Below are positions 24,402 through 37,700 of a stretch of 64,000 nucleotides of DNA, piece after piece. Every line of letters begins with the position of its first letter. Positions within the stretch are counted from its first letter, which is position 1. The notes under the pieces are model-generated. The model ran no database searches. It saw only the letters and a list, made by a program, of their open reading frames with translations, and had not been told where the DNA came from. The DNA comes from Vitrella brassicaformis CCMP3155 (Eukaryota; Protista; Chromerida). The position numbers and the translations under genes were made by a program. The stretch lies in contig CDMY01000581.1 of assembly GCA_001179505.1 (NCBI GenBank), positions 186,001 through 250,000 of the forward strand, written 5' to 3'.

Positions 24402-27400
24402 ATGGACCACGACCTGTTTGACTTCCTCAGCACCCTCAAGGACCCCCAGATCAGCAAGCTGTACCGAGATCCCGCCGTCGTGCAGGCCGTGTTCCGTTCG
24501 CTCGTCCCTCTGGCCCGCAATCTGGTGATGCGACTGCTGTATGTGCAGGCGACGATGCAGGAGAAGCTGGTGGCCTTCTGGCACCGCGACACCAGCGAGG
24601 CCAAGGCGGCGAGGAAGGAGGCAATGCTGCAGATGAAGCGCTGGAGGCTGCTGCAGCCGCCTAGAGAAAATGCGGCGGTCACGGCAGCCAAGCAGCAGGG
24701 CAAGGACAAGCAGGCGGACGGTGAGAAGGACAGGAGGGGCGAGGGGGACAAGGACAAAAAGGGCGGCGGGGGGGAGGCGGCGAGTGCGGCGGGAGGAGGG
24801 GCGGCCAAGAAGCCTGATGAACCGGGGGACGAGGTCATGTCCCTGTTTGTGCTCAACAAGACCTTCCAAGAGACCCTCAAGACCAAAAACATCTCGGAGG
24901 GGTACGGACAACGCAGCTGTACGGGAAGGGGATTACTGATCCATGGATGCATGTTATGTAATCTATGTATCTTCCCTCTCCGGCAGGTTGGGTGAGGAGG
25001 GCCTGATGACGCCTCTCCCCCGCCTCCCGTCCGCCCGCCACTCGCCGGAGCGCCATCAGCTGCATGAACACGCCTCAAAGAAACTGCAGGCAGTAAGCAC
25101 ACGCTCACTCGCTCAAACACCAGTGTGTGTCACCCCTGACTGATGACTGTGTGTGCGTTCATTCAGTTGTTGGCGTATTTGGTGAGTGAGGACCGTGCGA
25201 CGGACAGCACGCGTGACGAGCCCCTGCAGATGAGCGACCGGCCGCGGACCGCCCGGGCGCCTAACAACATGGACCTCATCAACGTCCTCCAGAGGAAGAG
25301 ACTCGTCGTCATGGATGGGTGAGCCACGGACATCTGCAGCCACACATGACAGAAGAAGCCTCGATTGTGTGTCTTGTGCAACATGGATGGATGGCTGGAT
25401 CGTGCTGGCTGATGTCAGGACGCATGACGAGGGTGGTCGTGGCGTCATGACAGGCGGCATCAGCCAGGTGGCCTTCCAGTTCATGCTCAAGGACATGCGG
25501 AAGCAGCTGGCGTCGCTGGTGGGCGAGTACCTGCGGATGGTGGAGCAGGAGGACGAGAGCGGCTTCCAGCTCAACGACTCACTCGTCGTCGCATTCACTC
25601 TCACACAAACCAGAATCGGACAGGTACTTAAGCGCGGGAAGCATGTATCTATCTCGCTACTCATGTGTATGCACTCTTTGATCTATCGTGTGTGTGGACA
25701 GCCGATGAATGTGAGCAAGCTGACGCCGCCTCAGAAGCGGTTCATCAGCTTCGCGCGTGAGCTGGGTCTGGTGTGGGTGCGCAAGTCGGACCTCAACAAG
25801 GTGTCGGCCTACCACCCCACACCAACGGCACTGCTGCTCAAGCAAGAAGGAGGTGAGGACGGGAATGTGCATGTACACGTATCGATGTAGCGAGGGAATT
25901 GGAGAGTGGGTGAGAGACAGAGAGGGAGCGAGGAAGTGAGGTCAGTCAGTCGCATGATAAGCCCGTCTTGTTTCGCGTCATTCGGTCGAGTAAGTCGGGT
26001 CAGTAGGCATGCGCACATTGAGATCTGATCAATGGGGGATCATCTGGGCTGCCTTCACTTACATAAGGACACCCCCGTTCCCCCCCCATACATCCATACA
26101 TCCATCCACACACGTACCGCATCGCACCCTGTGTCTGTGTGGGTGTGTGTCAGATGAGGTGCAGCAGCTGGTGACCGCCTTGACAAGTGCAGCAGCCGAG
26201 GCGGCGCGCCAGTCGAGTGCCGACAAGCAGCTGCTGGCCCAGCACCTGGGCAACATCGGCATCCCCGAGTTCTACTACCACCCACCATACCGCACCGAGC
26301 CGCCCAAGGGCGTCCATCGGGCGGCTGCTGCGGGAAGCTCAGTTGTTGATGGTCNNNNNNNNNNNNNNNNNNNNNNNNNNNNNNNNNNNNNNNNNNNNNN
26401 NNNNNNNNNNNNNNNNNNNNNNNNNNNNNNNNNNNNNNNNNNNNNNNNNNNNNNNNNNNNNNNNNNNNNNNNNNNNNNNNNNNNNNNNNNNNNNNNNNNN
26501 NNNNNNNNNNNNNNNNNNNNNNNNNNNNNNNNNNNNNNNNNNNNNNNNNNNNNNNNNNNNNNNNNNNNNNNNNNNNNNNNNNNNNNNNNNNNNNNNNNNN
26601 NNNNNNNNNNNNNNNNNNNNNNNNNNNNNNNNNNNNNNNNNNNNNNNNNNNNNNGGGAGGGAGGGAGGGTTGCACTGATACATACGTGTGTGTGTGTATG
26701 GCTCATCCATGATGTTCGGGATTGTGTTGTGTGCACAGGTTCGTCCCACCATAGCAATGAGCCGGCAGGGGAGGGGGCCAATGAGGGTGAGCAGCCATGC
26801 CATCCATCCCAGGCACCCCGTCGTCCATCGAGTGGGTGTTATTATATTTGTCCCTCCCTCCCTCCCTCCCTCCCTGCAGGTCTTGAGATGGGCATCATGG
26901 TGCAGAGCAACTTCAAGGTGTACGCGTACACCACCTCAACACTCCAAATCAGCCTCCTGGGTACGGTAGGGTACGGTGCGACCCTGCACACACACGCGCA
27001 CATTCCTGTCCTGACTGACGGTGTCGTGTCGTCATGTATACAGGCGCCTTTTGCCGGCTGGACTGTCAGCTGAAGAACTGCCTGATCGGCGCTTTGACGC
27101 GTGACAGCTGCGGGCAGGCCTTCCGCAGCGGCATCACCGCTCAGCAGATACTCAGATACCTCAAGACACACGCACACCCCGTCCTGCACGCAAGACACCA
27201 GAAAGAAGGCAAGAAAGCACGCACACATGCACACCCACGCACCCGAATACCATACCTCCCAATCCACTCCACCCCACACCCACTGCCCTATGTGATGTGT
27301 GTCGTCGGTGTCCTTGCAATGCATTGCAGGTCGTTCGATTCTGCCCGACAATGTGGAGATTCAGCTGCGGCTGTGGGAGCGGGAGCGGAAGCGCGTCAAG

Positions 27401-27948
27401 ATGACCCCATCGCAGGTGTTCATGGGCTTCATGAACCGCGAGAACCGCACCGTCGAGAACCGGGAGCGCTGCCTGACGTGGTTCAAGCGGGTCGAGAAGT
27501 ACGCACGGGACCGCGGCTGCCTCGTGTGGGCCTCCACACCCAGCGTACCTGACGCATCTGTCGAGAATGTGGTATGGACGGATGCCCTCATCGCCACACA
27601 CCACATGCAGCTCTACAGAGCCATTCTCTGCATGTCCTGTGTGTGGATGGTTTGCCTCAGCCGGAGAATCATGACTTCGGTGACTTCATCGCAGTGCGTG
27701 CTGAGGACGGCGACTCGGTGAAGCAGCGGATCACCAGCCTCCGCGAGCACATCTTCTATGGCGTAGGACACAGCCATGGCCATGGCCACCACGGTCATGG
27801 CCACCACGGCCATGGCCATGGCCACCACGGTCATGGCCAGGCAGGCCAGAGCACCTCAGCTGCGGGTGGGGCGGGGCGGACAAGGAAGGCTGAGAGGCCG
27901 CCAATGGAGGGCGAGCAGCCGCCAGATAAACAGGCCAGGCGGGCGTGA
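24402..27948 (+). CDS. GTF2H4: TFIIH core subunit p52/Tfb2
   Basis: LYRDPAVVQAVFRSLVPLARNLVMRLL, ISQVAFQFMLKD, IMVQSNFKVYAYTTSTLQISLL, GALTRDS...AFRSGITAQQILRYLKTHAHP, LPDNVEIQLRLWERERKRV. The gene spans an N gap. An alternative ATG lies at 24333. Confidence 0.93.
26355..26654. other. Assembly gap (300 N) inside the Tfb2 gene
   Basis: Run of N. Confidence 1.
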
Positions 27949-28631
27949 CGTGACGTGACAGGCCCAGCTCGTGGGTTGGGTGGGAGGGTGGGTGGCGTGT
28001 GCCGTGGTGGGGTCACTGGGGTGTCTGTCTGGGGGCTTTGGGAGCAGACAGAGATAAATGATAAGGTGTGGTGTGCGAGGGTTATGATTGGTAGTAGGGT
28101 GGAGGGTGGAGGTCGATGCAATGCAGACAGACGCGAATGATGCAGACAGACAATGAATGACGGGCTGGATCGATCCATGGATGGATGGACGGATGGACCC
28201 ATTCATTCCCGTGTGTGACCCCCATCGTATACGTCCATTCGCCATTCGACGCCACCCACCATTGCCTAGCCTAGCTACCCGCCCATTTGGTGCGCAAGTG
28301 CTCTATGCATATCGTACACGCAGCCAAGCAGCCGACCTCACACTACCACTGTTAGTCAAACACTCTCTTTAGCCAGCGATCATCTGTCTGTCTGCCGTGT
28401 TTCTACACGCGACCTTATCTGTCTGTTACGTTACAGACAGACAGAGTTCCTTACGCGAACACCCACCAGGCCCTCACCTCATCTGCATTGCATTGCAACG
28501 GGGGATTCAGCAACACACAACCGACCAAAAAGGGGTGGCTTCCATCCATCCATCCATCCATCCACTCAGTCGTCCGTCCATCCACCTGTCTAGCCCGTCT
28601 GTCTCATCATTCATTCCATCCACCAATCACA

Positions 28632-31388
28632 TCACACGCCAACAGTGAAGCGAGGAATGTCAGCCTCGTCAAACGTCTCCATCTTGCCCGTCATCAGCGC
28701 ATACGCCACCCCCTCACGCACCAGCAAGTGGGCCGTGCTCCCGCGCAACTCCTCCTCCTCACTGTGCATCGAGCCCCTCCCCGGCCCACCATCACCATCT
28801 CCTCCCGCTCTTGCCTCCCTGGACACCGGCGATGGCACGTGTGGCAGGAAGGGGTCCTTGATCTGCCTCTGCTCGTTGGGCACGTAGTTGTGCAGCATGC
28901 GGGCGACCTCCAGCAGACTCTGGCAGCTGTCACAGCCCATGACGGGGTCGTGAGGACACCATGGGTACCAGCTGGTGGGCGGGCGAGGGGGGCTGCTGGC
29001 GGGCTTCACCGCAATTATCTCGCACTCGTCATCGTCCTCATCGTTGGGCGACTGCTTCTTCTCGGCCGCAACAGCGGCAGCAGCAGCAGGGCCGGCGGGC
29101 TGCAGAGATGTCGAGGCCTCGACATCTTGGTTGGACCGCAGGAGACCACCGCCGTCTTCCATTCCCGCCGCCTCCTCCTTGATCGGTGCTGCAGCCAAAG
29201 TGGGCTGAAGTGATGGTGCTGGACAGCTGTCTTGCGGTTCTTGCTTGACAACCACCTCATCCTTGACACCCGCTGCTGCACTCGAAGGCTGGGCTGCTGC
29301 TGCTGCTGCCGCCGCCGATGAAGAAGCATGGGGTCCGGAAGGGGTCGAGGGGGCAGCAGATGGATGCTCCTTCGTCTCCACCCTGACACCTAGTGCCGCA
29401 GCGGCAGCGGCAGCAGGAGCACTCGGGTTGTCATCCTCCTCCAGGTCGATGACCATGTTCTTGTCAATGGCGACACGTGCTCTCTCGTGCCGCCTTCGCC
29501 TCCTCTCACGTGGCACCCTGAGGGGCGGCGCAGGCGCCGTCGCCTCACCATCGCCGGCCCGCTCTCCATCCGACTCGATCACCAGCACATCATGTCGCCT
29601 CTCATCGGCGGGACGGTCAGCTGGGGCGGAGCGGCCAGCAGCAGCAGCAGCAGCGGCCACTGGAGCGGGGGAATGGTCGTCTTCATCTGTGTCGAGATGG
29701 TCAGGGTGTGGTGGCTGTGCGAAGACGTGCTGCGGAATGTCTCTTTGCGAATGGGGGAAGAAGTTCGCCGAAGTCTCCCACAGCCCCCTCTCGGACCGCC
29801 GTCGCCGCTTGCCGTGCCCACCAGCAGCGTGGACGGGTGATCGTGACCTCGGCGCCCTTTTGTATGCGTGCTGCTGCCGTCTCCTCTTCTGCCGCTTGGC
29901 GCGATTGGCCGCCGCGTTTGCGAGTGTGGGTGGGAGTCGGGGTGGCGTGACGTTCATGAGGTTCTGCACGGCGAGCAGCACCACAAGCTTCACATCGATG
30001 TTGCGCAACAGCGTCTGCACAAGGGAGAGTGACGCAGCGCATTGCGATCGATTGCTCTTTCGCTGGCGCGTCGTGTGGTGCGATGTCATGTGGTGCTTAC
30101 GGTGAGCTCTCTGTCGAGGAACGTCTGCAGGCGCCTCTCTACCCTCTCTCGGTCGCGGGAAGTCGACAGCAACGACATGAAAGCCTCCGAGCAGCAAATG
30201 GGGTCCAGCACAACCACCTCGCCACCCTTGGTGGCAGTGGCGCCATCCATCTTTCCCTCTGCGGCGTCTGCGGCTTTGCTCTCCTCTTCTGCGCATCGCT
30301 GCGCATTCCGGTCATCTTTCTCCTCCTTGATCACTGCTGCTGCTGCTGCCGAGGTAGGGGCCTCGTCCCCCTCGTGGTCGCCTGCGCTGTGCAAGTGAGC
30401 CACCACAGCACGGGAAGCACGCACAGACGGCTTGCTGCCGCTGGGAGAGCCGCCCTGCACAGATGAGGGATACACGTCTGTCTGTCTGTCTGTCTGTCTG
30501 GTTGACTATGTGCGGTCTGTCTGACGAACCGTGATGGCGCTGCTGAACCTCTTCCTCAGCTGCATGGTGAACTTCCTCTGCGGCAGCGATGGCCGTGCTG
30601 CAGCTGGTGCCCTGACGCCCCCCCGCGGCTTGGCGGTTGTCAATGAGGTGTAGAAGGCGCTGAGTCGGCGTGTGGATGTGGCTGGCGGCAGGAGGGGGAA
30701 CCAACCGTTGGCATAGATCAAAAGGCGACGCCATTCCTCATCTGATGGCTGCACGATGCCTGCAGGACAGGAAAGGAACAGATGGATGGCAGCACACGGA
30801 CGGACGGTGATATATATCGCCTCCAGAGCTGTCTCCTTCCGCCTCTTGTCTGTCTGTCTGTCTGCTTGTGACCTACCTGAGTCGATATTGAAGACTCGGT
30901 AGAATCGCTCTGAGAAGACGTCCACGACCACCTCTGAGAGCCTCCTCTTGCAGACGGGGCAGCTGCGCTTCCTCTCAGCCTGGCATGCCACATGGAGGGA
31001 GAACCACAGAAGACAGACACCCACGCCAATCAGATTGACGCCTGCACTCAATCCCTCTTGTCTTCTCAGCCACCCCACCACCCACCCACCCAGTTCATCA
31101 GACAGGACAGGTGGTACACGTGGAAGCAGTCCAGCACATAGGCCTCCTCCCCGTCAGGTATCTCCTGGCAGGGCAGGCAGGAAATACACAATCACACACA
31201 CATAAGCACTCCAATCAATCGCCGGTCATCCATTCCACATATTCCCTACTTACCTGTAGACAGATGGGACATGTGTGGCCGTGCTGCGCCCCTCCAGCAG
31301 CCGCCTTGTCTTCCATGCCCATCTTATGGTCAGCAGCATCGCCGCACACACCCGATGACTCGCCACCAAACTGAAACGATGGCATCAT
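28632..31388 (-). CDS. Topors-like RING E3 ubiquitin/SUMO ligase
   Basis: Spliced N-terminal RING-H2: CPICLQ|EIPDGEEAYVLDCFHVYHLSCLMNW|AERKRSCPVCK. Later segments (WRRLLIYANGW, RRLQTFLDREL, TAHLLVREGVAYALMTGKMETFDEA) resemble conserved Topors blocks. Confidence 0.7.
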
Positions 31389-31758
31389 TCACGCACCTTC
31401 TGAACTTCTCGGCCTCGACGCCACCAGTTGATAAGTCGAAAGAAAAGCTCGCAATCCGGGGAAACAGACGAGGTGACTGAATGAGAATGAGAGCACAGCT
31501 GTTCCTGCGCGGAAAAACAATCGCAGCCAAAGCGGCTCGAGGATCTCTCGTGGTATCATTCCCTGGCCGCCGACGCACATCTGAGGAGGTAACGCAACGC
31601 ACGGCTCAGAGGCACACAAAGGGATGGGAGGAGGATGACTGTACCCACAACAGCCGTTTACGAGCACCAAAGCATCTCCAGGCACTCACATGGCTCTGTT
31701 TGGTTGCCTGTGTGTCGGCGTGTGTCAGCGTATAGCAGCGACGTAGCCAGACGCAGCC

Positions 31759-34700
31759 ATGCCGAAGCAGGGAGCGCGGGACTGGTGCGAAATCTGCCGA
31801 GATGTCGACACGGACATCAAATGTAAGGGCAGTGGAGGGAGGCCACACACTCCCACAGCTGCACATGAGTGGCGAGGGCAGCCAGGGGAGAGAGAGCAGA
31901 GCAGAGCAGGGGGCAGGGCGGCGGGGGGAGACACGACAACGGGAGGCGGCAAGGCGCGGGGGCGCAGGGCCACGGACGGGGCGTTTTGAGCGCAGAGAAC
32001 ACGCAGTCATGTCCCGTCTGTCTGTCTGGTTGTCTGTGTGTGGCGTGCTGATTGGATTGGATTGATGTGTGTGTGCTTCTCTTCTCTCTCGGTGTGTCAG
32101 GCTGCAATAAGCACTGCGGCAAGCGGTTCCACTGGGAGTGTCTGGGCATCAATCCAAAGAGCGTCCCCGACCCCAAGAAGTGGAAGGTAGGTCAGCCACT
32201 CACTCATCCATCGCACCGCACAGCCGATGAATATATGGCGCGTCATAGCTATGGTGGGTGGCATGGTCGGCTTCTTCCTCTTCCTCTTCGTGTGCGTGTG
32301 TGTGTGTGTGTGTTTAGTGTGAGGAGTGTGAGGAGGACGACGCCCACGAGGAGCACTGCTACGTGTGCAAGCAGGACGCCAGAGAGGGCACCCTCCTGCT
32401 GTGCGACGGATGCAACCGCTCGGCACACCTGGCCTGTGTGGTCAGTCAGTGAGCGGAGGGACTCAGTGCAGTCAATGAATGCACCATATACCTATATGAG
32501 AGACCTTCCCTTCTCTCATGCCCATCCATGTATGTATCCATCTGCCCACTCCTGGCTGCAGGGATTGGTGGACGAGCCCCCCGAGCACGAGCAGTGGTTT
32601 TGTGAGCCCTGCCGGCGGCGGAGGGGGGGCGGCGCAGCGCCCGCCACATCCTCTTGGCGACCCGACGCACCGGAAAAAGACCACAGGCAGGCGGCAGCAC
32701 CGGCTGCTGCTGCTGGTGAGTCTGGCGGTGTTGGTGGTGCCGCGGAGGGGGTTAGTGCGGTGGAGGTTTCGCCTGCCGCCGCTCCACCTGCCGACGGCCT
32801 CAAGAACACATACTGCCACATGTGCCAGAGAGGTACGTGGCGGCAGATGAGCACAGGAAGGCTGCATTGATTGCATTCGGTTGGGTGTGTGTGTTTGTGT
32901 GCGTGTATGTGACTCACGTAGGGGGCAAGTTGATCGCGTGTGACTTTTGTGAGAAGTCGTTCCACGCCCGGTGCATCGAGCTCAAGGCCGTGACCGAGCC
33001 CTGGAAGTGCCCGGTGTGCCTGGGATACGACCCCCTCAAAAAGGACAAAGATCGCAAGTACTCATGGAATGCATGGATAAATGGAGTGATGCACGCACAC
33101 ACACACAGGGGCAATGGCAATGAAATGTCCCCTGGGGCTGTGCTGTGCTGTTGTGTGCTGTGTCAACAGGAAGACCAAGGCTGAGCGGATGGCGCACAAG
33201 GAGGAGCTCAAGCGGGCCATCAGACAGCTGCAGAGGAGATCCAAACCATTCGTACGCACACACACACAGACAGACAGACACAGACACAGACACACGACGC
33301 CTCACTACTCAAGCTCAGCCTTCTCCCTCCCTGGCACCATACATACCATCTGTGTGTTGTGCTTCCACTCCACCAGCGTGCCGCCTTCCTGATGTCCAAC
33401 TTCGACAGCATCAGACCCTTCTCAGAGAAGAAGTGAGCCAACACACACGTCCATTCATTCAGCGGCGCTGCACAACAGAGAGAGAGAGAGAGAGTCGTTC
33501 ATAGTCTCTCTGATGTCTTGTGTTGTGTTGTGTTGCATCAGGGTGCTGGATGTTCTCCGGAAGGACGCCGGTGCGGCCGCCAAGAAGCCCGGCAAGAAAC
33601 CTGGTCGGTCGGTGGGCTGGGCACATCAACCTAACCTACCCTGCACAGACAGACAAACAGCCTACACCACATTCCGTTCCGTCTGTGTTGTGTGCAGGTC
33701 GCGGTCGTCTGCGTCGCCTGGACGACTCCGAGGAGGAACCAACACCCACACACGTACGCACCAAGGAAGCTGCATGTGCCCATCCATGCATCCATCCATC
33801 CATGCATCCATCCATCCACTCTTCCCTTCCTTCTCCCATCGTTAAGCAGATACAGCACGAGTCTGATTTGGTTGAGGACTACTTGACCCAGGCGGAGCGG
33901 CGGGCGGCCGAGCGGTCGGGTGCGGGTGCTAGTGACGACGGCAGTGTGGGCCTGGGCGGCGGTCGTGATGTGGTGGCGATGGGTGTGCGCTTGAAGGACT
34001 ACCAGAAGTACGGCGTCAACTGGCTCATCCACTCGTACTTCAACAAAGCGGGCGCCATCCTCGCGGACGAAATGGGTACACACGTTGGGAGGAGAGAAAC
34101 AAAGAGACCTCCTGTGTGGGTCATGTATGTGTCTGTGTCATGTGTGTGTGTGTGTCTGTGTGTGGCTGCACATCTATACACACGTGTGCTGTGCAGGTTT
34201 GGGCAAGACGATTCAGACGTTGGCGTTTCTATCGTACCTGAAGGTGTGTGAGGGCATCAACGGCCCGCATCTTATCGTAGTCCCGCTGTCAACCGTCGGC
34301 AACTGGGCCAGAGAGGTAGATATGCACTTGCACAACACACACCCACACACAAACCGACATACACCCCACCGTCTTGTGTGTGGGTGTGTGTGGGTGTGTT
34401 GTGGCGTCTCACCTGCAGATTCGTCGGTTCACGCCTCACCTGCGCTTCACCAAGATCTGTGGCGGCGCGGCCGAGAGGGACTGGATGATCCTCGATGAAG
34501 GTCACACATCCACCCGCCACAACAGACACACCACACCACACCACACCCCACCTCATTCCTGTCTGGTGTGTCTGTCTGTCTGTGGCGTCTGTGTGTGTGT
34601 GTTGTCCGATTCATTCAGATGCGCAGTACGGCTACTACGACATCTACATCACCTCCTACGAGACGGTCAAGACGGAGGAGCGCTTCTTCGCCGACGATCT

Positions 34701-37700
34701 CACATGGAACTGCATCGTGCTTGGTGGGGACAACAGACACACACGTAGCGCAGGCTGCGTGTCTGTCTGTATGGCTGCGGCTGTCTGTATTTCTGTCACT
34801 GTGTGGGCATGGTTGTGAGTGCAGATGAGGCCCACCGCATCAAGAGTGAGAAGGGGTCCGTCCGGCACTCACTCGATCGCGTGACGAGCTGTGCCAGGAT
34901 ACTCCTCACAGGTGGGGACAGGGAGGGAGCGAGGGAGGGAGGCAGGCACCACACACACACACACACACACACAGACAGGCACAGAAAGAACAAACAGCTC
35001 CACAGACACGTGAGCGCACCAACGGATGGCTGCATCGATGCGTCGGGGTGTGTGTGTGTGTGTGTGTGTGCAGGGACCCCGCTGCAGAACAACATCGGCG
35101 AGTTGTTCACCCTCCTCAACTTCCTCTTCCCCGACGTCCTCACAGAGAAGGAACTCTTCGACAGAGTACGGACGCCGGCCACCACACACACACACACACA
35201 CAGACATTGGCGCACCATGGACAGATACCACACTCGTTTCTCCCCCTCTCCCCCCTCCCCTGTGTGTGATGCCGTCCATCAGGCGTTTCAGATGGGTGCG
35301 TCAGGCGCCAAGAGCATCACGATTAAGCGTGCGGAGCGACCCAAGGGCGCCATCAAGCGCAAAAAGAACGTTGAGGAGGAGGCCGAGGACCTCGAGGTCG
35401 TCGTCGACGAGTCGCTCATCAAGTATGCACACCACACAGTCAACAGAACGACCGACCGCAGCACACGAGTGCACTGACTGACCATCGATGCACGCGATGC
35501 GTGTGTTGTGTTGTGTTGTCGGACATATTGTGTGTGTGTGTGTCCAGGAAGATCGCAGAGTTGTTGTCGAGGCTGATGCTCAGACGCACCAAAGAGCTGG
35601 TCAGCCCTGCCAAACCAAAAGAGCAGCACCCTCACTCGACACATCTGTCTGTCTGTCTCTCTGTCTGTCTGTGTGTGTCAGGTGGTCAAGTTGCCCGAGA
35701 AGCACGTCCAGGAGATCTGGATGCCTCTCGCACCACAAGCTGCCAGACTGTAACCACACACACCACACCCTGACTTGCCCCTCCACCCCTCCCTCCATCC
35801 CTGTGTCTTTATGTGTGGTGGTGGTCTCAGGTACGGTCGTTTGCTGGAGGTGTCGCTCAAGAAGGAGGCCGGCACCTTCGGCAAGTCCAACTACCAGGTC
35901 CTGTTTGGGCTCGTCATCCACCTCAGAATCTGCTGGTCTGTCTGTCTGGGCCAACACGCACACACACACACACACGCACACACACAGACATTGGCGCATG
36001 GTGTTGGTCTGGTTGTTTGTGTGTTTGTTCAGTGATCACCCTGCCGGCGTGGTGTCGCGTGACAAGATGGTGGAGCAGCTGCTGTCGTATGAGGACGACC
36101 TCGACGAGCGGGAGAAGTTCAGACAGGAGATTCAGGCCATCAAAGACAGCGAAGGCACGCACACACACACACACACACAGATAGAGAGAGAGAGGGCCAG
36201 GGCGAGGCGATAAGTAAGAGCATGTGTGTGGTGTGTGTGCAGGGTGGGCTCACGTGGTGGCGTCCAACAAGATGCTCTACCTGGATCGGCTCCTCTGCCA
36301 GCTCAACCAGCTCAACTGCAAAGTCATCCCACACCTCAAAGTAAGTAACCAACTTGCCCACCACTCCACACACACACACACACACACACATCCATCCATC
36401 CCTCCCTTTGCATCATGCGTGTCGGTCGTATCGTTTTGTGCACTGCACTGCCCTGCAGCACGCCGACCGCACTCGTGTGCGTCACTGGCACGAGCGTGTG
36501 CACGAGTACATGCAGCAGGTCGACCCCCTGCTGACGGTCAAGGACGTCCACGAGACAGCCGCACTGCCCCAGCTCAAGAAGAAAAAACCCAAGTCGGGCG
36601 ACATACGCGACTACTTCAAGCCGTCGGCCGAGGGTCAGGAGGGAGACGGTGGTGGTGGTGGTGTTGGCGAGGGAGAGGGAGAGGGTGGTGAGGAGATCAA
36701 GAAGGAGGTCGACGGCGACGTCAAGATGGAGGTGTCACCCGAGGAGAAGAGGAAGGAACACCATGCCACCATCAACCTCTGGAAGGTCAGCCAGCCTCTC
36801 AGCCACCCACTTACACACCACACCACACCACTCCCTCGTGTGTGTGGCAGAAATCTCTGCTGGAGCCCAGCGGTGACCGCGAGCTCTTCCTCTCCACCAT
36901 GGCCATCGACAAGGCCGCCATTGTCAAGAAACACGTCACCGGGCCGCCAGGCGAGTACGCCAAACACGACCAACACATGCCACCCGCACCAGCACCAGCA
37001 GCAGCAGCAGCCGCCGCCGCCGACGACAAGGGCGGCGGTGGCGGTGGTGGTGGTGGTGGTCAGCGGAAGCGCAACGGCGTCCCTTCCGAGTCGGGCGATG
37101 AGTCTGACGTGGTGCTGAAGCGCAGGTCCCGGCACAGGAAGCGCGCCCGGCTGGACGATGACGACGATGACGACGTGGATAACGCGCCGATGAAGCCCAC
37201 CGAGGGTGGTGGTGGTGCAGAGGTCGACGAGCTCCTCATGGATGTCGACATGAAGGACGCCCACGCGCCCGACGTGCCGCCCAAGAGGGAGGAGCAGCCT
37301 GCGGCCCCCGCACCACCGCAGCCGGCGGCCTCTGCACAGGCGATGGACGTCAGTGTGGAGCCATCCCCCAGCGAGCCTCAGCCGTCACCTGCCGAGCCAC
37401 CAGCACCAGCAGCAGCTGCTGCCGCTGCTGCTGCTGAGGCTCCTGCAGGAGGGGCTAGGGATGGAGGAGACCAGGAGATGGGCGATGGCGGGGCGGAGCC
37501 AGCTGGGCCCACAGCGAGTCCTGGTGAAGAGCCGATAGCAAGCCCTGTTGGCGAGGCTGGCAGTGGTGTGCCGGCCGAGGGTGGGCAGCAGGGCGGCGGG
37601 GCTGCAGAGGAGGCCGAACAGCCATTCAGGTGAGAGATAGAGAGAGTGTGTGTGTCCGCTGTGCGCATCAATCATCCATCAGCCATGTGTGTGTGTCATG

